Shown here: piece after piece, positions 18,238-27,635 of the stretch | Numbering within the stretch: the first letter of the stretch is position 1 | How the letters are laid out: each line of letters opens with the position of its first letter | The notes under the pieces: model-generated | What the model was told of the DNA's origin: nothing | Seen by the model: only the letters and a program-made list of their open reading frames with translations | Databases searched by the model: none | Made by a program: the position numbers and the translations under genes | Assembly: GCA_001275005.1 (NCBI GenBank) | Contig: JWZX01001991.1 | Span: 1 to 35,605, forward strand | DNA from: Chrysochromulina tobinii | Lineage: Eukaryota | Reading direction: 5' to 3' | DNA: 35,605 nucleotides

Positions 18238-19405
18238 AACGGCTGTCGATAAAGGCGACGCGGCCGACCGTGTCGGCGGCACGCCCTACCGCATCTGCCG
18301 ACGGCAGAACATCAACCAGGCCAGCTACGACCGCGCTGGCGCTTGCGCCACCACCACGTCCGCTGGCCGCCCCAGCACCTCTGGGTCAAAGTCGCGGCCG
18401 AGGAAAACGAGCCCCCTGTGGCAGCGCCAGCCCCCTGTGGCAACGCCAGCCCCCCGCCATTTGCGTAAGCTGGCACACGTGTTCGTATGTGGGATCGTGT
18501 GGTGTGGTGTGAATGAAGCCTGGTGCGGGTGGGGCGGTGGCCTGGGATGATGTGATGATGCCGCTGTCGATGAGCCTGTGAGGCCGACCGCGGGCGTATC
18601 TACCATTGATAAAGCCTGGTGCCTGTCGTAGAGCCTATGAGCATGAGGCCGACGGCGGGCGCGTAGTCACTCGTGATACATTTCAATGTACATGTACCGA
18701 ACCCTATTCGATACGCATACCTCGACCGGCGAGTTCCGCGCGAGAGAAAGCTCGTTACGTGAATTTTTATGACTGGCGTGGAAGGTGAATGAAAAAACGA
18801 AAAATGTCCGGACGGGGGCGGCTCTAGCGTCTAGGGATCATTGCTAGGGATTCGAATCGAGTGCGTTGTTTCCTTCTTTACATAACCGCTACGGGACTAG
18901 CCCACCCGCACCCCATCGCGGCTCGCGGCCATCCGGGCGCTAAGAAGAAAGAACGCGGGGCGCTCTCGACGACTCGATCGAAACATCGAATAGCCGGCAG
19001 CTACGAAATGACAAGTTTGAATAATGAATTCGAGCTACACGTAGTTAGTATCAAAGTACTGGCCTACTGCCAGACAGATGACAGTGTCATTACGAACAGA
19101 TCCACAGTTTCACACCGTCATCGACACACACCGGATCACCGTGGGGCGTGGGCGCGGGCTCGTCTGGACGTGACGTACTCTGCACCTCTCACCAGCCTGT
19201 CGTCCGCTCGCGTTCGCGGACAGAGGCTTTTGCGGAGCCCGCGCGGGAGCGCGGGGTCCGAGAGCGACGCGCGAAGCGCGGAGCGAGGTAAGCCGCCCCC
19301 GCGCTCACGCCGGCGCGCCGCACTTTGAGATTTGCGGTATAGCTGTCGTGTGTAACTATGCGATTGCGAAGCAATGCGTGTTCCGCTTCCGGTGGCGTGT
19401 ACGAC

Positions 19406-21495
19406 CTAAGCCGCATCTCCCCCCTCAGCCTGTGCCTCGCCACGAGCCTCGGCGGCCAGACCGAGCAGCGTGAGGAGCCGCGGGCGGTGGCGCGCGAGCT
19501 TGGCGCGGAACTGTGCACGCGCGTGCCTGATGACGGAGGCAATCAGCATGCAATCAGCATGCCATCAGCATGCAATCAGGGTCGAGGATTTGGCGCGGAA
19601 CTGCGCACGCGCATGCCTGATGACGGAGGCAATCAGCATGCAATCAGCATGCAATCAGGGTCGAGGATTTGGCGCGGAACTGTGCACGCGCATGCCTCTT
19701 GAGACGCCCGTAGTGGATCCGATGCCCGAGCCAGATGACGGAGGCAATCAGCATGCAATCAGCATGCAATCAGCGTGCCTCTTGAGACGCCCGTAGTGGA
19801 TCCGATGCCCGAGCCAGATGACGGAGGCAATCAGCATGCAATCAGCATGCAATCAGCATGCAATCAGCATGCAATCAGCATGCCTCTTGAGACGCCCGTA
19901 GTGGATCCGATGCCCGAGCCAGATCTGATCTGGATCGAGATGCGCCGAGGTCCACGCGCTCCCGCCCGCCACCTTGCGCCTGCCCTGTGGAACGCCATTC
20001 GTTGCTGCCCAGCGCTTCGGTGCAACATCCTGTGGCCATCAGGGGCACTCAGAGGCACTCAGAGGCACTCAGAGGCACTCAGAGGCACTCAGAGGCACTC
20101 ACTAGCCCTCATAGTGGCACTCAATGGCAATCAACGGCCAGCACCTGCGGTGGCTCGCGGCTCCACGAAGGCGGTCGGCGCTGACGCCTCTCACGCACGC
20201 CGCCCGGATCGCCGTCGAGGGCGCCGTCGCGGGCGCCGTCGCAGGCACCCCCACCCGGTTCACTGCTGCTGCCGCCCGCCCCATCGCTGCGTGACCCTCC
20301 AACCGGGCGGCGGGCGAGTTCATCGGTCGCTGCAGCGCCCGCGCCGAAGCCGCCGCCGCCGTCGTCGTCGTCTGGACTGCCGTGCAGCTCCGGGTGTGAA
20401 TGTGAAGAGCCATGGCCGTCCTCCGGGTGTGAATGTGAAGAGCCATGGCCGTCCTCGGACGCAGGGGCGGCTGCATGCCGCTCCTGAGTAGGGGCGTCAT
20501 CAGCGGCTGCTTGCCGCTCCTGAGTAGGGGCGTCATCAGCGGCTGCATGCTCCCAGATCATCGGAATTTGGGTCGAGCCATACGTGGGGGCGCCGTCGCG
20601 AGCGGCTGCATGCTCCCAGATCATCGGAATTTGGGTCGAGCCATACGTGGGGGCGCCGTCGCGAGCGCCGTCGGAAGCCGCCGTGGCGCGCGCGGCGCTC
20701 GCGACGGCGCTCATCGACACGGCGCTCGCGACGGGCGCTCATCGACACGGCGCTCGCTTCGCCTCCCGCGTTGGCGCTCGCGACGGCGCTCGCGGCGACC
20801 ACTTCCCGTTTGACCGGTGCGCCATCACGACCGTCCGCCGCCTCGTCGAGCGTCGTCCTGAGCAGCTCGTCGCGCGTCGTCCTGAGCAGCTCGTCGCGCG
20901 TCCAATCCATGCCCTCCGCACCCTCGGCCTCTCCACGTCCCTCGGCTGCTGCCGCTGCCAGCGCACCTGCCGGTTCCGCCTCTTCGTCCTCGCCCTCCTC
21001 CTCCTCCTCCTCCTCCTCCTCCTCGTCCTCCTCCTCGTCCTCGTCCTCGTCGTCCTCCTCCTCGCCTTCTTCGCCGCCGCCGTCGTCCTCGCCATCGTGC
21101 TCACCATCGGCACCCTCGTCCTCGTCATTGTCCTGGTCGCCTGTGGCCATCCTCGCCGCCGCCGCCGCTGCGGGTGCTGCTCCCTCTGCCTCGTCGTCGT
21201 CGTCCTCCTCCTCCTCCTGATGATCCATGACGGCCCGCTGCTCGCGCAGGTACAAGTGCTGCCCTGGTGGGAGCTTGGTGGTTTGCAGCGGCCGACGCGC
21301 CCGCAGTTGCGCCGCCGTAGGCTCACCGAGCGGGGGCAACTTGATGTGCCGAAGCGTGGGAGCTGGGGCGGTGCTGCTGCCTCCGGACATGACCGCCGAA
21401 TGAGCGTGTAGCCACGCACGGGCGAGCTCGTATCCGGAGGAATCCACCAGACGGACGCTGTTGGAGGCCGAGTCCATCATGTCGCCGCCCTCCAT
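19406..21495 (-). CDS. LIN37: LIN37-like (DREAM/MuvB subunit) protein; exons 21495-20145, 20029-19884, 19526-19406; apparent +1 frameshift near 20734
   Basis: N-terminal SGYELARAWL..IKLPP resembles LIN37 LY.LCR.W..LP.P; the spliced C-terminus IWLGHRIHYGRLKRHARAQFRAKLARHRPRLLTLL resembles the LIN37 C-terminal basic helix. Exon phases fit (146 nt = 48 codons + 2; 121 nt = 1 + 40 codons ending in TAG). Confidence 0.6.
19527..19883 (-). other. predicted GC-AG intron made of (TGATTGCATGC)n modules and duplicated exon ends
   Basis: Donor AAGAG|GCATGC, acceptor CTCCGTCATCAG|G; splicing restores the reading frame. Confidence 0.7.
20030..20144 (-). other. predicted GT-AG intron containing a 10-bp repeat (TGAGTGCCTC) x6
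   Basis: CAG|GTGCTG donor, GGCCACAG| acceptor; contains in-frame stops and removal is phase 0. Confidence 0.72.
20390..20665. repeat. cluster of coding tandem duplications (three different units, each present twice)
   Basis: EDGHGSSHSHP x2, AAADDAPTQER x2, RDGAPTYGSTQIPMIWEHAAA x2. Confidence 0.85.
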
Positions 21496-21670
21496 GCACA
21501 AACGACTTCCGATGGGGCCGAAAAAAGGGTTTCACAGCACAATCGCGTGACCAGAAGGGAAACAGCTGTTTGAAGACTGGCATAACTAAGAACTTGCGCC
21601 GATCCCGCGAGATGCAGCCCTCGACCAATTGCCGCGACCGATTGCCATCGATCGCTATCAGCCTCCAGAA

Positions 21671-22462
21671 ATGCGTACGGGCCTGTACACGCTCTGCGGC
21701 GCGCTCTCTGCGGCGGCGGCCTTCCGGCCGGCCGGCGTGGCGCTGATGCCAGTGCACGCGCCCTCGCCCGTGCTGCGCGCGGCGCACGGCCTCGCGATGA
21801 CGGCGGCCACTGGGGAGGTGCCGTCCTTTGTCCAGACGGAGATGCGCGGCGCTGCGATGGCGCTGCACACGCGAGACCAGGCGCCGCGCGAGGGCAAGCA
21901 GCCAGCCCAGCGGCCGATGAGCTCCTGGCAGCCGACGCGCGCAGACTACCTGCAGTTCCTCGTCGACTCGCGCAAGGTCTACAGGACGCTCGAGGAGATC
22001 GTGGAGGAGACGGAGATGTTCGCGAGCTTCCGCGCGTCCGGGCTGGAGCGGGGCGCGGCGCTCGACAAGGACATTGCATGGTTTGCCGCAACCCACGGCG
22101 AGAAGGAGCCGGCCGTCAAGTCGCAGGGCGAGACGTACGCAGCCGAGCTGCGGAAGATGGTCGCGGACGGCGAGCTGGAGCGCTTCGTGTGCCACTTTTA
22201 CAACTTCTACTTCGCGCACACTGCCGGCGGCCGCATGATCGGCAAGCGGATGGCGGGCATGCTGCTCGACGGGCACACGCTCGAATTCTACCAGTGGGAC
22301 GGCGACGTCGATCAGGTGCTGCTGCCTGGGCTCCGCACCAAGATCGATGCGCTAGTGGCCGGCTGGTCGCGTGAGCAAAAGGACAAATGCCTCGCCGAGA
22401 CGGCGAACTCGTTCAAGGGCGGCGGCGCGATGATGCAGCACATCAGCCCGCCCAAGGAGTAG
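21671..22462 (+). CDS. HO1: plant-type haem oxygenase (HY1/HO1 family), plastid-targeted
   Basis: SFVQTEMRGAAMALHTRDQA, YLQFLVDSRKVY, FVCHFYNFYFAHTAGGRMIG, LEFYQW; the signal peptide ends AAAA-FRP (ASAFAP-like). Confidence 0.93.
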   Translation: MRTGLYTLCGALSAAAAFRPAGVALMPVHAPSPVLRAAHGLAMTAATGEVPSFVQTEMRGAAMALHTRDQAPREGKQPAQRPMSSWQPTRADYLQFLVDSRKVYRTLEEIVEETEMFASFRASGLERGAALDKDIAWFAATHGEKEPAVKSQGETYAAELRKMVADGELERFVCHFYNFYFAHTAGGRMIGKRMAGMLLDGHTLEFYQWDGDVDQVLLPGLRTKIDALVAGWSREQKDKCLAETANSFKGGGAMMQHISPPKE

Positions 22463-22527
22463 GCGGCAGTAGGCTGCTGCGTGGCGCCCCCGCCCCCTCG
22501 CGGTGCTCTGAGCGCCCATTATGGCGT

Positions 22528-22727
22528 GACACGGCGACAGACTACGGTACATGGGGGGTCGAGGCACCCCACCGCGCGAGATCAGAGACACGGCGACAGA
22601 CGACATACGGACATGGCGGGGTGAGGCACCACACAGCGCGGGGTTGCAGCACACCCGCGCCCACCATGGCGCCCACGCAGCTTCGAGTGGCGCGTGCCCA
22701 CTGTATGGCGCCCATGCAGCTTCGAGG
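22528..22727. repeat. two adjacent short tandem duplications downstream of the haem oxygenase
   Basis: GACACGGCGACAGAC..ACATGG..GAGGCACC x2, then ATGGCGCCCAYGCAGCTTCGAG x2. Confidence 0.7.
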
Positions 22728-23424
22728 GACGGCTTTCACCACTACTTATCATCGACATCTTGTGTTTAGCACGCCACACCGACGCGCGCGTGTAGTCGGC
22801 TGCGGCTGAGGAGCCCCGCCTTTCTTTCTGCGTGTGTTTACATAGACCAGATTTTTGCGGTGCCAATAGAGCGCGCGCTGCAGCGGGCGCCGCCGAGACG
22901 GACGACGCGCTCGCGAGCGACTGTCCATCTACAACGTCGCTCCGGCCGCGCGGCCGGGGCCCGCCGCTCCCCCCTCGCGCCGCCAAACATGCCCCTCCGC
23001 ACGGGATGGTCCTAACGGGGATGGTTGGGCACAGACCACATAATTGTTATCGACATCCGAGATCCGTTCAAACTTCAATCCGTTTTCAATGATCAATCCC
23101 CGCGGTTACCCCCGGGTGTACGTAACGTGCTGAATAACGTGCCACGCGCACAGTGCGAACCCGACAAAGCTCATGGGCGACACTCTCCAACGCCTCATTA
23201 CGGCACGCCAAGGCCATACAGCAACCTTTTCTCTGTATCTCCACTGCTACAGGGGCACCCCCATGATCAAGATAAGGTCGAGAAGGCCGAAGCCAAACAC
23301 GACACGGGCTCCTAATAAGCCCTTCTTGGCGTTCAGCCCGCCACCTGCCGCGGCCATCCCCGGCCCCCGTGCCGACACAACCTCTTCCGCTGTCGCCGAG
23401 GCCGCTGTCTCCATGTTTGACGAA

Positions 23425-23659
23425 TTAGGCTGCCTTGCGCTTCTTGCCTACTCCGGCAGGCGGCGGCGGCTCGGGTTCGTCAAACATGGCATCCGCGAGC
23501 GCCTGCTCCTTTTGCGCATCAAACTCGGCGACGCGCTTGGGAGCCTTCTTACCGGTATCCTTACCGGTACGCGCCGCCGCGGGCGCCGCAGGCTCTGCTG
23601 CGGCCACAGGCGCCAGGGGCGGCGCTGCCGACTGCTGCTGCTGCTGCTGCTGCTGCCGC

Positions 23660-23693
<34 letters not shown>

Positions 23694-25471
23694 CATCGAG
23701 GTAGTACCCCAACCCCTGGGCCCCACGCTTGAAGACGTACCCAATGCGAGCGCCCCCAAACTTGGCCGCCTGGACGAAGGCGGCGGTGGCGCTCGGGACG
23801 GCGCTCGTGCTGGCGGCGGCGGTGGCGGTGGGCGTGGCTTCCTTGGCTTCCTTGGCTTTCTTGGCTGGCTTGGCTGCCGCTTTCGCCGCCGCGGCTGCCG
23901 CCTTCGCCTCCGCTGCCTCCGCTGCCGCCGCTTTCTCCGCCGCCGCCGCCGCCGCCTCCGCCTCCGCCGCGGCCGCGGCCGCCGCCGCCTTGAGCCTGCT
24001 CTTGCTCAGCGCCGCCTCGGCCTTGGCTGCTTTTTTGTTGATTGATTTGGTAAGGAGATTGCGCACCGCATCAAGCTGCTGCGGCGCCGGTGCAGACGCC
24101 CGCGACGACGCCGCGCCCGCGCCGCTGGCCACGGCGGCGGCGGCGCCCGCGTCGGCGCTGCCCTTGCCAGCTCTGGCTGCCTTGGTGTCATTGACGCTGC
24201 CGCCTGCCTTCGCCGCTGCCGCCTTGGCGTTGCCCACCTGCGGCGTCACGCCCGCCTTGGCATTGGTGGGAACGTTCACACCCGCGTTCACACCCGCCTT
24301 GGCCTCCTCCTTCACGTTCACACCCGCCTTGGCCTCCTCCTTCACGTTCACACCCGCCTTGGCCTCCTCCTTCGCGATCGCCGCCGCCTTCTCAAGCCGT
24401 TGCTGCAGAGCGTAGAGCCGAGGGCGCGGTGGTGAGCACTGGCATGCAAGGCAGGTCATCAGAGGCCATCAACGTACCTGCAGCTCGTAGAGTTGCTTCC
24501 CGAGGGCGCTGTGGTGAGCACTCGCATGCAAGGCAGGTCATCAGAGGCCATCAACGTACCTGCAGCTCGTAGAGTTGCTTCCGGTTACGCTCGTGGGTCG
24601 TCTTCGCGCTGGCCAAGTCGAAGACACGCTCAGCGAGCCACCCCAACGGTCGCGGCAGCGGCACCTCCTCGTCGTCCTCGTCGTCCTCGTCCTCGTCGTC
24701 CTCGTCGTCCTCCTTCTCGTCCGTCTCGTCCTCCTCCATGTCCTTCCCGTCCGCCTTGCCCCGCCGCCGCGTCAGAGGCTCAAGGACGCCATTGACCACC
24801 CGTTGGATAACAACCGAATCCTCCGCGACGCCCAGCAGCGCCACAAAGGGCTCGAGGAGCACGCAGACGGCCTTCTCGGTGAGCCCGTCGGCCGCCTCGC
24901 GCCCCGTCGCCACGATCGCCCAAAAGTAGTCTGCCATGAAGAAGCGGATCGAAGCAGGGCACTCGACATTCAACGGTCCCGCTGAGAGTGCCGCGGCGAA
25001 CGCTTGCAGCTCGTCGTCGGACCAGCCGGACTCGCGCACGCGCGCGACGCAGTGGACGAGCGACCGGCGGATCAGCTTGTAAAACTTGTCGAGCCGCAGC
25101 CGGTCGATGCCGGTCCACTCGCGCACCATCGTCTGCCAGAAGACGCGCACGAAGAGCCACTCGCGCCCTGGGGCCACCGAGTGGACGAGGCCGCCGAGCT
25201 TGTCGGCGAGCTCGGCCTGGACCTTGGGCTTGTCCGAGTGCCACATGCAGTAGAAGAGCGCCTTCCAGATCTTTCGCAGCTCGAGCTCCTCGATGTCGTG
25301 CGCGCGCCGCAGGTACCGCTCGAGCGCTTTGACGGCCTTGTCGCGAACGTCCTTGTCGCTGGATGCCAGCGCCTGGCCAAATTTGGGCGTCGGCCCAGAG
25401 AGAGCGGCCTCCTCGGGGCGTGGCCGCGACGAGGTCGGCGAGGTGGTCGCAGGGGCCTTCTTCTTGCCCAT
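23425..25471 (-). CDS. RRP1: ribosomal RNA processing protein 1 (Nop52/RRP1); exons 25471-24560 and 24402-23425
   Basis: FGQALAS..RDKA, KIWKALFYCMWHSDKP, FWQTMVREWTGIDRLRLDKFY; a phase-0 intron joins YELQ to QRLEK. Confidence 0.9.
23632..23690. repeat. (CAG)n microsatellite encoding polyQ
   Basis: CTG repeats on the plus strand. Confidence 0.95.
24403..24559 (-). other. predicted GT-AG intron of RRP1 containing an 82-bp duplication that includes the exon end and donor
   Basis: CAG|GTACGT donors at 24559 and 24477; acceptor CTCTGCAG| at 24403. Confidence 0.82.
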
Positions 25472-25872
25472 GTGTCTCGCGCGAGCGTCGGGTCCGGCCA
25501 CTTGTTCAGGCACGTCGCCGTGTTCACCACGGCGCCTCCATCAAATTCGTAAGGCGAGCACATACGGGAAAATGTACGAATCATTCTCGCGCACTCGCGA
25601 GTTTCTATTCACGCTCTTAAAGAGTCCGGGTCGCGTTGGACGACCTTCCGGGACATGCCTTGCGGCCCCGTCGCACCCATCCGAGAACACAATCGAAAAC
25701 GAGCCTGTAGAGAAGCGGTGCTTCAAGAATCGCGAAGTAACGGTCTACCGGTACGTGCTCCATGCTTCGTCTGGAATGGAAAACCGAGCGTCCCACTGTC
25801 GCGTCCCAGCAAACTTGCCAGAGTCCTCGCCCTTCATCCCTCCTCCGCAGAGGGACGACGGAAGGAGAAGCA

Positions 25873-27604
25873 ATGCCGAGGCGCAATGAACGCGCACCGT
25901 CTGGAGCTGACTGGCTGGCGCCGGAAGCGGCCGTCGAAATCGTCATGCAGGACGAGGGTCTGGTCGGCTCGCGCTATCCAGCCATCATTTTGTCTGTTGA
26001 CCACGCCCAGAAGCAGGCTCGGGTTGAGCACGAGCAGTTACTTGAGGATGATGCTGCAGATGCACCACTTCGCGAGAACGCATCATTCGCGCAGATCACA
26101 CCACGCCCGCCACCGCCACCCGCCGATTTTGCCAAGAGCCTGTGCGTTGGCATGCCACTCGAAGTTTTCCATGAAGATGGATGGTGGGAGGTGACCCTGC
26201 ACGAAATCAAGCGCGGCAGCAGTTCGCAGATCAACTATCTGGTCCGGAACGACATGTACCGCACCAAGCGCTGGGTTGGCGTGGATGCGTTGCGGCCGCG
26301 GTGGCGCTTCTCGAGTGGCCACTGGCGAGCTGGAAGCGTCCCTGGCCCCGACGCAGAGGAGGCTGAGGAGGATGAGGCGGAGGAGGTGGAGGAGGCGGAG
26401 GAGGAGGAGGAGGCCGAGGAGACGGCGAGAGCCCCAGCGCCGCAGCCGCTCACGGCAGACGAGGCCAGGGCGGCCGCGGCGGCCGAGGGGCTCGAGCTGG
26501 TGCCTTCGTCGAAAGGTGAGACGGGCTTCAAGGGCGTGACCAGGAGTCATGGCAAGTACACAGCGCAGGTCTGGGAGAACAAAGACAAGCTGCGCTATCT
26601 CGGCATCTTTGCGACACCGGAAGAGGCGGCCTTGCACTACGCGAGGCATATCGGGGCGGAGCAAGCGGCGTTGGAGGCGGCGAAGGCGGCGAGGGCGGCG
26701 AAGAAGAGGGGAGGTTCTGTGTCGCGGGATGATGATGTCCCCCCAAAGGAGCTTCCTGATGAGGATGCGAAAAGGAATGCGCTGGCTTCAACAGAGAGTG
26801 CTAGCCGACCGAAGCGGCGGGCAGCAGTTGCGGCTGTTGAAAAAGCTGGCCGCTGCCTTCAGATAGAGAAAGCTACCATTGAAGAGGCATGCTATGGCAT
26901 GCCAATTACAGTTCGTCAGCCGCAGCCGTTTTATGTCGGCCAACGCGTAATGGCACGCTATGGATTTGATGCCGCCGCCGTCCGCAAGCCCACCCGCTTC
27001 TATCCTGGCGTGGTGCGCGCAGTGCATACGGCGCCCGGCGAATCAGCGTGCTATGATATCGAGTACGACGACGGCGATCGTGAGGTTGGCGTGCGGGCAG
27101 ATCTGGTCCGTGACGTTTCAGGCGACGCCGATAAGAGAGTGTGCGCTGCCGCCGTCCCCTGGCAACTGCCATCGCTGTACCAAAGTGCGCCGAAGGAAAA
27201 GAGCACCGTGCCACAGCCGCTCACGCGTGAAGAGGCCAGCGCGGCCGGGCCACCCTTGCTCAAGCGGCCCCCGGGGCGTGCGCCTGGGGGGAAGCAGTGG
27301 GATCCGAGGGCTGGGTGGGTACCAGTAGAGGCGGCGGAGGAGGTGGCGGAGGAAGAGGCGGCGGAGGAAGAGGCGGCCGAGGCGGAGGCCGACGCCGAGC
27401 CGATGAACAGCGAAGGCGAAGGTTGCGATTTGGGTTCCACTCTGGGGCCCGTGGCGGCGCCAAATATAACTCGGTGTGAGCAACTAGGCCCCGAGCGCGA
27501 CCTCGAGCAACAACCACCGCTGCCGCCAACGCCGCCTCCACCGCCGCCTCCGCCGTCAACTCCACCGCCGCCTCCACCGCCGCCTCCACCGCCGCCGCCG
27601 CCTC

Positions 27605-27635
<31 letters not shown>

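Noticed and set aside
18160..18550. Coding-like alternative frame after the kinase (..YTNLETAVDKGDAADRVGGTPYRICRR..)
   Set aside because: No recognisable domain or start; it may be a gene remnant but is unsupported.
19470..20491. Plus-strand ORFs containing GGNQHAISMQSAC repeats
   Set aside because: Antisense translations of the intronic repeats.
3675..22462. A redox/metal gene cluster (Prx, SOD, AlkB, haem oxygenase)
   Set aside because: Interspersed with unrelated genes and predicted for different compartments; chance is sufficient without synteny or co-expression data.
26515..26660. AP2 domain as evidence of an HNH-AP2 mobile endonuclease
   Set aside because: No HNH, integrase or transposase motifs, or element ends, nearby.
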